NCBI GenBank assembly: GCA_050173015.1
Contig: JBFXLE010000004.1
Location: 128,001-192,000, forward strand
DNA from: Calditrichaceae bacterium
Lineage (GTDB): Bacteria > Calditrichota > Calditrichia > Calditrichales > JBFXGD01
Length of the DNA stretch: 64,000 bases
Direction of reading: 5' to 3'
Positions 15,605-25,643 of the stretch are shown here, piece after piece. Within the stretch, counting starts at the first letter, position 1; each line of letters starts with the position of its first letter. The translations under genes were made by a program, and so were the position numbers. The notes under the pieces were generated by a model. That model was not told where the DNA came from and ran no database searches. It saw only the letters and a list, made by a program, of their open reading frames with translations.

Positions 15605-18012
15605 AATTTATAACCTGCTGTAAAGTAAGCGTTTGTTCTATACTGATCCGGATAGTAAACGCTTTTTGATCCGCGGCTGATGATAAATTCAAGCGGACCG
15701 ATAAGCGATAAAAATTTTACTCCGATTCCATACCCAAGAAGTAATTCTGTCTGAGATAATCCTATGTTTTCATCTTCACGGAACATGGCGGCATTTGAAA
15801 TTATCGTAAAAAAGATATCTTTTTTGAATTGATAACGATAGTCAAACCTGAGAAATCCGTACTTTGTGCCGGTAAGCTGTTTATAATCCACGCCGACAAA
15901 TGAATCGGGACCGCCCTGATAACTGTATTTATAAATGGGTATGTCATCAATTCCCCAGCATTGAAATCCTTTTACTCGTAATGTATGTCTGTTAAAGATT
16001 GTATGATAGATATCCATGGAAACATCAACACGGTTATAGTTGAGATCGGAATATAGATCCGTCATACTTAATTCATAATTTGCTTTTAAGGAAAATCCGT
16101 TTTTTGGCAATAACACATCATCGAGTAAATCCATTGTTAATGATGCCTGTATCATCCGTAGTTTATCTTTCCAACTGGGGAATAAATCAGGATCCGGATA
16201 AGAGATATTGGGATCTATATCCATATACTCATGCCTATATTCCGCTTCAGCTACTAAAATATTACTCAATAATATCCCGATACCGATCCCAAACGCATGG
16301 GAGCGGTCGTTATATGTAGCTATTTTTTTACCGTCTTGTTCATAAATATCGACAGGAATATCTTTGAAATCGTAACGAATATATGGGTAAACCGGGAAGT
16401 CAAGAGTTCGCGAAGGGTACAATGTTTTAGACTGAATTCGGGTTAAACCGGCAAATTGCAATGTCAGCTCGTTTCTCAAGCCGGGGATAAAAACATTTGT
16501 CGCCTGTAATCCGACGATACCGACGGCGTTGTAGAAATTATCATACCGGAAACCGATTCTAATCTTGCGTAAAGGCTTTTCTTTGACTCTGATTACCAGC
16601 CGGATCCGTTTTTCCGAATACGGTTCAACCTCGTAAGTGATGGTTTCAAAATAACCCAGACTGTAAAGTTGAGTCACTCGTTCCTTCAATTTCTCCTGGT
16701 CGAAAGACTCACCAGGAATAATGCCAATCACCCGGTAGATAAAAGTGAATGGAAGCGATTCATTGCCCTCGATTGAGATCCCTTGTATGAGCGGTGTTTG
16801 ATGTTCTCTGATATTGACCGTAATTTTTACATTGTTTTCAGTAACTTTTTCGGCATCGCAGTCAATATACTCATATCGGCCGGAGGATTTTAATTGCTCG
16901 ATGTTCCTTCTGAGTTCGTCAGGTTTAAACGTTTTTTCCGGATGAATATCAAGTAAATCGGATATATACTTGAAGGGTAATGATGATTGACCCACATAAC
17001 TGATACTTTGAATGTACAATTCTTCTTTCGAGTGAGTAAAAGGATCAATATTCATTTCATCCTGGGCGAAATGTTTTTTCTTTAGTTCAATTAACTGTGA
17101 TTTTAGATCACTTGCCGCTTCGTCTCCGATTTTAATAATCTTCTTAACTCTTTCAGATTCAAAATCAGCTGAAGTAAAACCTTCCAGGTCTGGGGTAATC
17201 AGAATATCGGTCTTCGCGATATTTTCCTTTTCTTTTTGAAATCCGGGGATATTGATCGACTGATCCAATATCTGTAAGAGAGATTTCAGGTCTTCCCTTT
17301 TTTTCAGCGGGGTGCCCACATTGACCGCGATGACTAATTCGGCCCCCATATCGCGGACTACATCCACGGGTAGGTTGTTGAGCAATCCCCCGTCAATTAA
17401 CAAAGAGTCGCCCCAGGTGACCGGACTAAATACACTTGGGATAGACATGGTTGCCCTCATGGCCCTTGAGAGTGATCCTTTTTTTAAAATAACCTCATTA
17501 CCCGTAATCAGGTCAACAGTCATACACCTGAATGGTATGGGCAGCTCGTCAAAGTCATTGATAGATTCCACAGGCACCGTCAAACTTGAAAAAAACAGGG
17601 AGATCTTTTGTCCGTTAATCACGCCGCTGGGAACGACAGGCGTAAATCCTTTCAGTCCGAATTCAATTTGGTAAATGCCGTCGTCTTTTTTTTGCAGATA
17701 TGGGAGGTTCTGCCGCGAAGGCTTATCGCTTAAATACTCCAACCAGTCCGATTCCAAGGCTAGTTTTTCAATTTCTTTCCCTGAATAACCGGTGGAATAC
17801 AAGGCTCCCATAATCCCGCCCATGCTTGTCCCGGCAATATAATCGATCGGAATTTGCAAAGAATCAAGCATTTTTAATGTGCCGATATGGGCAAAGCCCC
17901 TCGCCCCGCCTCCCGCGAGAACGAGTCCGATTTTCGGACGATCAATTTCTGCGCCGATAACATTGGTTATGACCAAAGAGGTGAGAAGCCATATCAGGAA
18001 AATTTTTTTCAT
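15601..18012 (-). CDS. Patatin-like phospholipase with POTRA domains and C-terminal Omp85-type barrel (PlpD-like)
   Basis: GGGARG, GTSMG, DGG patatin motifs; two POTRA-like segments; C-terminal AYFTAGYKF. Confidence 0.88.
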   Translation of the reverse strand: MKKIFLIWLLTSLVITNVIGAEIDRPKIGLVLAGGGARGFAHIGTLKMLDSLQIPIDYIAGTSMGGIMGALYSTGYSGKEIEKLALESDWLEYLSDKPSRQNLPYLQKKDDGIYQIEFGLKGFTPVVPSGVINGQKISLFFSSLTVPVESINDFDELPIPFRCMTVDLITGNEVILKKGSLSRAMRATMSIPSVFSPVTWGDSLLIDGGLLNNLPVDVVRDMGAELVIAVNVGTPLKKREDLKSLLQILDQSINIPGFQKEKENIAKTDILITPDLEGFTSADFESERVKKIIKIGDEAASDLKSQLIELKKKHFAQDEMNIDPFTHSKEELYIQSISYVGQSSLPFKYISDLLDIHPEKTFKPDELRRNIEQLKSSGRYEYIDCDAEKVTENNVKITVNIREHQTPLIQGISIEGNESLPFTFIYRVIGIIPGESFDQEKLKERVTQLYSLGYFETITYEVEPYSEKRIRLVIRVKEKPLRKIRIGFRYDNFYNAVGIVGLQATNVFIPGLRNELTLQFAGLTRIQSKTLYPSRTLDFPVYPYIRYDFKDIPVDIYEQDGKKIATYNDRSHAFGIGIGILLSNILVAEAEYRHEYMDIDPNISYPDPDLFPSWKDKLRMIQASLTMDLLDDVLLPKNGFSLKANYELSMTDLYSDLNYNRVDVSMDIYHTIFNRHTLRVKGFQCWGIDDIPIYKYSYQGGPDSFVGVDYKQLTGTKYGFLRFDYRYQFKKDIFFTIISNAAMFREDENIGLSQTELLLGYGIGVKFLSLIGPLEFIISRGSKSVYYPDQYRTNAYFTAGYKF

Positions 18013-18290
18013 TTTAGTTGACCATATAAAGGATTTTTTGGATAATTTTTTAATTCAGCAAAATAAACTTAATCTTAATTTAGATTTTGGCATAAATCCA
18101 AATAAAAAACAAGATTTATTAAAAAATTCGTTCTAAATCGTTCAAAATTGTTTTTTTGTTGTATTCTATGGATAAATTTTTATATATTTTTTTGTCTTTG
18201 AGATATTCATTATTCCAATTTATCCATTTTTAAACAATATTTATTATTCTGACAAATTATATGTTACCGGAATTTATCGCGGGAGAGACC

Positions 18291-20495
18291 ATGAAAAAAA
18301 GTTTTATTCTCATGGTGACGCTAAATTTTGTCACCTTAACCTTTTCCAGTGGCATCGCTCAGATACTCCTGACATCAATGGATACGCCGATAAATATAGA
18401 TTTCACAAGTTACGATGGCAGCGGATTTACTTCGACACCGGCCGCAGGCCAGCTTGACTCCGATAATTGGGCCGCGACAGGAATGTCAGATGGTAACCTT
18501 GATTTTGGGGGTACAATGACCACGGGGGATTACGCCCGGGGCGTAACGACAGGAGCGGTTTCAACAGGAGGATTTTATGCTCTGAACGATAATGCTGATA
18601 TAAGATTTATGATACAGCCGGCCGGATCTGACTGGACCCCGGGAACAATCATTTTGAAAATACAAAATGTAACCGGTGAAACGCTGACTAAGATTGATGT
18701 ATCATACGATCTTTTTATAAATAATGATCAGGACCGGTCAAATTCATTAAATTTTTCCTGGTCTGTCGATAATTTGAGTTACCATAATGAATCCTCCGCG
18801 GATTATTCTTCTCCTGAACTTTTTGATTTAAACGGATTTGTATCTGCGGGCACTATGAGTATCAGTGTGACCGGAATTAATATCGTAGATGGTGATTATT
18901 TTTACCTGAAATGGACGGGTAATGACATAGGCGGAAGCGGCAGCCGGGATGAATTCGCGCTGGATAATATTCAAATAACCGCGGTGAGTCCGCCATCAAA
19001 CACCACTGTTCGATTTTTATTGGCGTCAGATATAGCGAGTGAAGGGGATGGAATTTATGATATCACCGTTTCAATCACCAATCCTGATCCATTAAATGAC
19101 ACATACGCGGATGTGGTCTTAATCAGCGGGGATGCGGCGGATATTAATAATTTTATATCTCAAACTGTTACATTCCCCGCCGGAAGTTCCGCTGACCAGA
19201 CCGTTTCAATAACCATAACAGATGATATGGTCTATGAAAAAACGGATACATTGATATTTGATCTGCAAAATGTTTCCGGAGGGGATGCCGCCTCTGTTTA
19301 TTTTCCGGATCAGTTTGAGCTGGATATTTATGATGATGACATACCGCGGATTATGGTGAGTGAAATTATGCAAAACCCGGCTGCGGTTGCGGATACGGAT
19401 GGGGAATGGTTCGAATTATATAACCATGAAGATTACGCGGTGGATCTCAATGGATGGGTGATTAAGGATGACGGCACAGATTATCATGTTATCAATAGTC
19501 CGGGGCAGGCGGTGATACCGGCGAAAGGCATATTTGTCCTTGGCATCAACGGTGACACCGGACTCAATGGTAACTATACAACCGATTACGTATATAGCGG
19601 TATTACCTTAGCAAACGGCGCAGATGAGGTCGTTATTTTATTGAGTGACGGAATCACTGAGGTGGACCGGGTGGCCTATGACGGAGGGCCGGTTTGGCCG
19701 GACCCAACCGGAGCGTCAATGGTATTCACAGGGCTTCCAATCGATAATAACAATAATGGCGCCTTCTGGTCCATTGCCACATCCCGCGAGTATTCTTATG
19801 TGGGAGTCACAGGTGATTTTGGATCTCCGGGATCAATCGGTGTCGATCAGTCACTGCCGGTGGAATTATCATCATTTACGGTTGCAGAGGTCGATGAGAC
19901 CGCTGTATTGCGCTGGGAAACTCAATCGGAAATTGAAAATCTGGGATTTGATGTTCTGCGTTCGATGATAAAAGATGGAGAATATGAAGAGATTAGCTCA
20001 TATTTATATGACAGTTCTCTAAAAGGAGCAGGCACGACATCAACAAAATCAACATACTCATATACGGATCGATTTCTATCCAACGGCGTAACATATTGGT
20101 ATAAACTGGTTGATGTTGACATAAACGGTATTCGAACAGAACACGGCCCTGTTTCGGCAACCCCTCATCAGTCCGTACTTATGTCCGGGACAGGCAGTAT
20201 CCCCCTGAGTTTCGCGCTTCACCAGAATTATCCGAATCCTTTCAATCCATCAACTCGGATCAGTTTTGATATTCCATCCAATGGAAAAGGTGCTGTTAAT
20301 GCTGAACTTATGGTTTATGATGTCCTCGGAAGAAAGGTAAGAACCATTGTTTCAGATTCCTTTATGCCGGGAACATATGAGATGGAATGGGATGGAAAAA
20401 ATGATCAGGCGATTCCGATGTCATCAGGAGTGTATTTTCTTACTCTAAAATCAGATTCCTATGCTTCAACACGCAGAATGATTTTGGCAAGATGA
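18291..20495 (+). CDS. Secreted multidomain surface protein (Calx-beta-like, lamin-tail domain, LPVELSSF module, FlgD/T9SS-type CTD)
   Basis: Signal peptide; QTVTFPAGSS...ITDD (Calx-beta-like); SEIMQNP...GEWFELYN (LTD); LPVELSSF; QNYPNPFNPST...RRMILAR. Confidence 0.75.
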   Translation: MKKSFILMVTLNFVTLTFSSGIAQILLTSMDTPINIDFTSYDGSGFTSTPAAGQLDSDNWAATGMSDGNLDFGGTMTTGDYARGVTTGAVSTGGFYALNDNADIRFMIQPAGSDWTPGTIILKIQNVTGETLTKIDVSYDLFINNDQDRSNSLNFSWSVDNLSYHNESSADYSSPELFDLNGFVSAGTMSISVTGINIVDGDYFYLKWTGNDIGGSGSRDEFALDNIQITAVSPPSNTTVRFLLASDIASEGDGIYDITVSITNPDPLNDTYADVVLISGDAADINNFISQTVTFPAGSSADQTVSITITDDMVYEKTDTLIFDLQNVSGGDAASVYFPDQFELDIYDDDIPRIMVSEIMQNPAAVADTDGEWFELYNHEDYAVDLNGWVIKDDGTDYHVINSPGQAVIPAKGIFVLGINGDTGLNGNYTTDYVYSGITLANGADEVVILLSDGITEVDRVAYDGGPVWPDPTGASMVFTGLPIDNNNNGAFWSIATSREYSYVGVTGDFGSPGSIGVDQSLPVELSSFTVAEVDETAVLRWETQSEIENLGFDVLRSMIKDGEYEEISSYLYDSSLKGAGTTSTKSTYSYTDRFLSNGVTYWYKLVDVDINGIRTEHGPVSATPHQSVLMSGTGSIPLSFALHQNYPNPFNPSTRISFDIPSNGKGAVNAELMVYDVLGRKVRTIVSDSFMPGTYEMEWDGKNDQAIPMSSGVYFLTLKSDSYASTRRMILAR

Positions 20496-20505
20496 TATGC
20501 AACAC

Positions 20506-20535
20506 AAAAAAAACCCGCTACTGGCGGGTTTTTTT
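20506..20535. terminator. Bidirectional intrinsic terminator
   Basis: A-run-CCCGC-tactg-GCGGG-T-run between convergent genes. Confidence 0.85.
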
Positions 20536-20545
20536 ATATTTATAG

Positions 20546-21478
20546 CTAAAGTATAATTGAAATCCCAATCCCAACACAGAACAGAACGAAGAAAAGCAGA
20601 TGGATTTGCACATTCATTTTTGCCGCCACTTTGAGAACGTCAGGATTTGAATGATTGGCCTGGACAATAAGCCAGGTTTTTGGAAAAATCACAATATATG
20701 GTATAAGCGCCAGAAGAATTAACCAGCTTCCGGAAGTGAAGAAGATAGTTAAAACTATAATATCAACAACTAAAGCCGTTTGAATTATCAAGTACAATTT
20801 TGCCGCAAATCCTGTGCCCATTCTCGCGGCGACACCCAATTTTCCCGTTGCCTGATCGGCCGGCAGATCAATCATCTGACCCAGGAGCAAAATCGACAGA
20901 GTGCTGATACCTGTGGCCGGCATCGCCGCCAGGATGACCGGATGAAATCCGATATTCTGACTGACGGCGGCAACCATGATTGCCATTGGTCCAAACGCGA
21001 ACCAGACCGAAACTTCCCCAAGGCCGCGGCTCGCCAGTTTTACGGGAGCCGCGCTGTAATATTTACTAAACCATGCGGAAAGAATGTACAATCCCCATAA
21101 AAGAGGCCAGAGATTCCTATCAATCACAAAAGTGAGACCGACTGCCGCAAAAAACGCGATGATTAGGCTGATTCTGGCGATGAAGAACATTTTCCCCTGC
21201 AATTCCGGGTGATCCAGAAGGACACCGGAGCCGCCGCTGAATTCATTACGGTGAACATTTATTTTGTCTGTCCCCTGTAGTGTATCGTAAATATCGTTAT
21301 ATACGTTGGTGGCTGAATGAAGCCCCAGACCCATGATCAGGACAAGAAAAAATCCGGCAGGACTAAATGTATCGCTTATTAATACGCTTAACAACGTCCC
21401 CGCGATAAGGGGTGATAATATGGATGAAAAAAACGGAGCGCGGATCATCTGCAAAATACCCGGTTGTTCTTTTGTCAT
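20546..21478 (-). CDS. UbiA-superfamily prenyltransferase, MenA (DHNA polyprenyltransferase) type
   Basis: IRAPFF, NVYNDIYDTLQGTD, FSGGSG, YSAAPVKLASRGLGE, DLPADQATGK. Start at ATG 21478 behind GGAGG. Confidence 0.82.
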   Translation of the reverse strand: MTKEQPGILQMIRAPFFSSILSPLIAGTLLSVLISDTFSPAGFFLVLIMGLGLHSATNVYNDIYDTLQGTDKINVHRNEFSGGSGVLLDHPELQGKMFFIARISLIIAFFAAVGLTFVIDRNLWPLLWGLYILSAWFSKYYSAAPVKLASRGLGEVSVWFAFGPMAIMVAAVSQNIGFHPVILAAMPATGISTLSILLLGQMIDLPADQATGKLGVAARMGTGFAAKLYLIIQTALVVDIIVLTIFFTSGSWLILLALIPYIVIFPKTWLIVQANHSNPDVLKVAAKMNVQIHLLFFVLFCVGIGISIIL

Positions 21479-21683
21479 TAAGTCCTCCCTTTCTCTCGGT
21501 TTTAAATTGTTGTCAAACAAACATGAATACACCGGCGCTTGAACATTATAGTTGAAATAATCATTACCGCCAAGCAATTAATATTATTGGGTATGAGGAA
21601 TAAAATATAAACTATTGCCATTTTGATCGCATATAACTTAATTTTTACAAGAATTATTTTACCGAACCTAAAAGGCGGAAAAA

Positions 21684-22661
21684 TTGAGTATCTGGAAACC
21701 TGAAGTTTATCATGGAACCGGGAAAAAGAGGAAGTTTTTTGAAGGTTGGTTTTATAAATTTGTCGATAAAACAGCGGAATACGTTTACGCTGTGATTCCG
21801 GGAATTTTTATTGCCGACAATCCGCAAGATTCGCATTCTTTCATCCAGGTACTCGACGGGCAATCTCATCAGGCGACCTATCATCGTTTTTCGGTTGAGT
21901 CTTTTAGCGCCTCCGCGGACAGGTTGGTTATCAATATTGGAAAAAATCATTTTTCTGATACATCAGTAAAATTAGATATCGCGGATGATCTTCGACCGAT
22001 AAAGGGTAAAATAAAGATGGATAAGCTCAATCCCTGGCCGGTCAGTTTTTTTTCTCCGGGTGCGATGGGATGGTACGCGTTTGCGCCATTTATGGAATGT
22101 TACCACGGTGTTGTGAGTCTGGACCATAAAATAGACGGAAATCTCCTCGTGAATGGCAATCAAATTTCATTTAATAAAGGCAAGGGGTATATTGAAAAGG
22201 ACTGGGGGAAGTCATTTCCTTCTGCTTATGTCTGGATTCAGTCAAACCATTTTCAAAGACCGGGTACAAGCCTGATGGTTTCAGTGGCAAGAATACCATG
22301 GCTCACCGGTGATTTTCGTGGTTTTATCATCGGATTTAAGTTAAACGGTGTTTTGTATCGGTTTACAACATACACCGGAGCCCGACTAAGCCACCTGAGG
22401 CTCACGGATACACACGTAAGTCTTGAAGTAACTAACCGGAGGTTCAGATTGCAGGTTGAAGCTGTTCGCGCGGAAGGAGGGCTGTTACACGCTCCGTACG
22501 AAATGTCAATGATCATGAGAGTCGCGGAGACGCTCAGATCACAGGTGCATGTCAGATTGGAGAGATTGGAGAATGGGGGAGGCGGGATAATTTTTGATGG
22601 ATCCGGAGATCCCGCAGGGCTGGATGTGAACGGAAAATTGGAAGAAATTGTGTATGGTTAA
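21684..22661 (+). CDS. Tocopherol cyclase (VTE1) family protein
   Basis: FFEGWFYK, MGWYAFAPFMECYHGVVSLDH, GYIEKDWGKSFPSAYVWIQSNHF; TTG start. Confidence 0.85.
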   Translation: MSIWKPEVYHGTGKKRKFFEGWFYKFVDKTAEYVYAVIPGIFIADNPQDSHSFIQVLDGQSHQATYHRFSVESFSASADRLVINIGKNHFSDTSVKLDIADDLRPIKGKIKMDKLNPWPVSFFSPGAMGWYAFAPFMECYHGVVSLDHKIDGNLLVNGNQISFNKGKGYIEKDWGKSFPSAYVWIQSNHFQRPGTSLMVSVARIPWLTGDFRGFIIGFKLNGVLYRFTTYTGARLSHLRLTDTHVSLEVTNRRFRLQVEAVRAEGGLLHAPYEMSMIMRVAETLRSQVHVRLERLENGGGGIIFDGSGDPAGLDVNGKLEEIVYG

Positions 22662-22700
22662 ATAACAGCCTTAGATTTCATTACATCTCACTCATCCGCA

Positions 22701-23414
22701 TCAATTTGTCCGCGTGAGCCAATCAACGACATCCATAACCGAATCAATTATTTCGTCGGCATAAACAATTAAGTCAGCTGAACGGTGAAAAATATTTTTT
22801 AACGCCAGACATTTTATTCCTGCCGCCTTCGCGCTTCGGACGCCCGCTATCGAATCTTCAATCGCCAAACAATTCTCCGCCCGCATATTCAAAGCCTTTA
22901 ATGCATTAATATAAATATCCGGCCCGGGTTTCTTATTTTGCACATCATCCCCGGCAATAATCGTGGTGAAAAAGTCGCTTAACCTAAAGGCGTGGTCAGG
23001 ATGATGTGAAAGATTTTCCAGCACCGCGTCAATTTGTGACCGTACGGATGATGATGCCAGCGCCATCCTGATGCCGTAATTATAACAATAGTCGATCAGC
23101 TCCGGTATCCCGGGGATTGTGGATAACTGTATTTTATTGATAAGCTGAAGATAGATCTCATCACGACGATTTATGCCCTGGTTGACCGATATTTCACTTC
23201 CCTGAAGATACACACGATTAATTGTCTTTATATTTTCATCAACCGAATAACCAATCAGCGACCTTAGAAATTCTTCCGTATAGTCAACGCCGAGTTCATC
23301 CAGAAACAAGCGGAAGGATTCCATGTGAATCGGTTCCGTGTTTACCAGAACACCGTCCATATCAAGAATAATCGCATCCGGCACCGAAAAATTTATCACA
23401 AAAGATTTCCTCAT
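22701..23414 (-). CDS. HAD family phosphatase (beta-phosphoglucomutase-like)
   Basis: DMDGVLVNTE, LASSS, KKPGPDIY, IEDSIAG. Start uncertain (up to 23489). Confidence 0.85.
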   Translation of the reverse strand: MRKSFVINFSVPDAIILDMDGVLVNTEPIHMESFRLFLDELGVDYTEEFLRSLIGYSVDENIKTINRVYLQGSEISVNQGINRRDEIYLQLINKIQLSTIPGIPELIDYCYNYGIRMALASSSVRSQIDAVLENLSHHPDHAFRLSDFFTTIIAGDDVQNKKPGPDIYINALKALNMRAENCLAIEDSIAGVRSAKAAGIKCLALKNIFHRSADLIVYADEIIDSVMDVVDWLTRTN

Positions 23415-23504
23415 TTTAAATACAGGCTCATCCAAAAATTTATCGGAGTTTGAGTCAAAAATCAATTCGCGTGGCATGTTAATTTTCAATTAATAATTGG
23501 ATTT

Positions 23505-23873
23505 CTAAAACATGAGTTTCATAAAAGAAAGAATAATAAGTCCTGTGGCGCTGACCCATGCCATAAATATTAAAAGCAGTACTATCTGCGGAAAATTGGG
23601 AGTACGGATAACATGACTGAATCCATAGTAATTATAAAGAAATTCAATAATTCCGTAAACCAGCATTGACTGATCGGTAAATTTAATTCTCAGCATCACC
23701 ATGATGATCAATGCGCTGGGCAGACCGTAATAATAAATTTTCCGAATCAAAAAATACCTGGATCTGAAATTCGGGGGGAGAAATGATATGCCCTGTTTTC
23801 TGCGTTTATGATGTGAAAAAATAATGAGAAGCAGGAAACATAAAGTGAGCAACTGACTATATTGAATATTCAT
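23505..23873 (-). CDS. Hypothetical small membrane protein
   Basis: 122-aa ORF with several hydrophobic segments that fills the gap; no family recognised. Confidence 0.5.
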   Translation of the reverse strand: MNIQYSQLLTLCFLLLIIFSHHKRRKQGISFLPPNFRSRYFLIRKIYYYGLPSALIIMVMLRIKFTDQSMLVYGIIEFLYNYYGFSHVIRTPNFPQIVLLLIFMAWVSATGLIILSFMKLMF

Positions 23874-24123
23874 TTCCGGTCCAACATGACAGTTTAAACG
23901 CGTTAAAGATTGACATGGGAATACGGAAATAATATATCTAAAATCAGATGAATGACAAAGTGTTTTTTAAAAAGCGGGCCTTCTGGCGTTATAAATGAGA
24001 ACGCGCGGTTGATAGTTTGATCCTTAAGTATATTGTCATGATAAAGGTTGATTCGAGAAAATATTTGTATTGCGGGCGGTTCTTTTTAAATTAATTCCAT
24101 AAAACGCTTGTTGGAGAAAACAG

Positions 24124-24906
24124 ATGTTTTCCTATGTGAATACAGGGATTGCCAATATTTACAAAAACCCCGATTTCCGCAGTGAGTTGGTTTCTCAGGC
24201 GGTGCTATGGGAACAACTACGCTGCTCGGAGCGTGAAAATCATTTTATACGCGTTATCTCAGAAGACGGATACAGCGGCTGGATCAATGAATTTCAGTTG
24301 ACGGAACGGGTTCAAAATCCGGACTTCGAATTTAAGGTGATTACAGCGCCGGTAGTTTATTTTTATTCAAAGCCAGGGGATGACTGTGCCATCGTCCGGG
24401 ATGCGACTTCAGGAGTACGTATTCCGGTTCTTGGGGAAAACAACCATTGGTATCAAACTGTTTTTCCGGATGGGCAGACCGGATGGATCAAAAAATCGTT
24501 TTTTGAAGATGTGCCGTTAAATGAACGAGGCGATTTAGTGAAGACAGCAAAAAATTTGATTGGAATACCATATTTTTGGGGTGGGAAAACACCAAAAGGA
24601 TTTGATTGTTCCGGCTTTACCCAATTTGTTCACAAAATGTCCGGAATTAATCTGCGCAGGGATGCATGGATGCAATTTGATGATGCGTGTACAGTTTCGA
24701 CTGATCCGCAGAATGGAAAACCCGGGGATCTTTGCTTTTTTTCAGAAAAAGAGAATCATATTTCTCACGTGGGAATCTGCGTGGCTCCGGGTAACATTAT
24801 CCATGCAAGAGGTATGGTGCGAATCAATTCCTTAAATGCGGATGACCCGCTTTTCGACCGGTCTCTGTTGGATGCATTCACTGAAATTCGCAGTTATTTT
24901 GATTAA
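24124..24906 (+). CDS. SH3-NlpC/P60 (C40) peptidoglycan peptidase, YkfC-like
   Basis: PYFWGG...GFDCSG, RDA, HVG, HA catalytic motifs; two SH3b-like N-terminal repeats (DGYSGWI, DGQTGWI). Confidence 0.88.
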   Translation: MFSYVNTGIANIYKNPDFRSELVSQAVLWEQLRCSERENHFIRVISEDGYSGWINEFQLTERVQNPDFEFKVITAPVVYFYSKPGDDCAIVRDATSGVRIPVLGENNHWYQTVFPDGQTGWIKKSFFEDVPLNERGDLVKTAKNLIGIPYFWGGKTPKGFDCSGFTQFVHKMSGINLRRDAWMQFDDACTVSTDPQNGKPGDLCFFSEKENHISHVGICVAPGNIIHARGMVRINSLNADDPLFDRSLLDAFTEIRSYFD

Positions 24907-24939
24907 AAAGTATATCAGGAAATTATCCCGGGGTAAAGG

Positions 24940-25446
24940 ATGACATTAAACAGACATGTTCTGGTACTCAATCAGAATTTTGAACCGCTTCTCGTGTGTA
25001 ACGCAAAAAAAGCGATTGTATTGATTTATCTCTCCAAGGCGCAGTTGCTTGAACATTATAATATGGCTGTTCATTCGGTTTCAATGAGCATACCGTATCC
25101 GAGTGTAATTCGACTCAATCATTATGTGCGTAAACCTTACAAACGTATTGTTATGAACAGAAAAAATATTCTGCGAAGGGATCACAATACTTGCCAGTAT
25201 TGCGGTAAGAACAGTCAGCCGATGACAATTGATCATGTCATTCCGAAAAGTTACCAGGGTGATGATACCTGGGAAAATCTTGTATGCGCCTGTCTGAAGT
25301 GCAATACAAAAAAGGGCAACCGTACGCCGGAGCAGGCCGGAATGAGTCTTCTGAAGGTTCCCGGCAAGCCGAGCCATCTGTTTTTTCTGCAATATTTAAC
25401 AGGAAAAATTCCTCCCGCCTGGAAACCATATATGTTTTTAAATTAA
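24940..25446 (+). CDS. HNH endonuclease family protein
   Basis: [51 protein letters not shown]. Confidence 0.9.
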   Translation: MTLNRHVLVLNQNFEPLLVCNAKKAIVLIYLSKAQLLEHYNMAVHSVSMSIPYPSVIRLNHYVRKPYKRIVMNRKNILRRDHNTCQYCGKNSQPMTIDHVIPKSYQGDDTWENLVCACLKCNTKKGNRTPEQAGMSLLKVPGKPSHLFFLQYLTGKIPPAWKPYMFLN

Positions 25447-25597
25447 AACCAAAGTTTGAAAACTTTGTTTGATAGACTAATCTTGTTTTTGTAAATTAGT
25501 TTCTCAGTTAACGTCTTGCTTTATCCCGGTAATAATTGAGATTTCCCGATACCGGAGAAATTTAATTTGAACGGATAAATAAATAAGTATAAATGTT

Positions 25598-25624
25598 ACC
25601 GATTCACATCTGAATCGGTTTCTT
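25598..25624 (+). promoter_or_regulatory. Terminator-like hairpin in the trpS leader
   Basis: ACCGATTCA-catc-TGAATCGGT followed by TTCTT, about 24 nt before the trpS ATG. Confidence 0.35.
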
Positions 25625-25643
25625 CAATGAACAGGGAATCCGA

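Noticed and set aside
24940-25446. HNH gene as a mobile element or defence system
   Set aside because: It belongs to the common stand-alone chromosomal HNH type; there is no methylase, intron, integrase or repeats nearby.
25447-25643. T-box or Trp attenuator upstream of trpS
   Set aside because: No T-box consensus (GGTGG-ACC) and no Trp-codon leader peptide seen; only a terminator-like hairpin.
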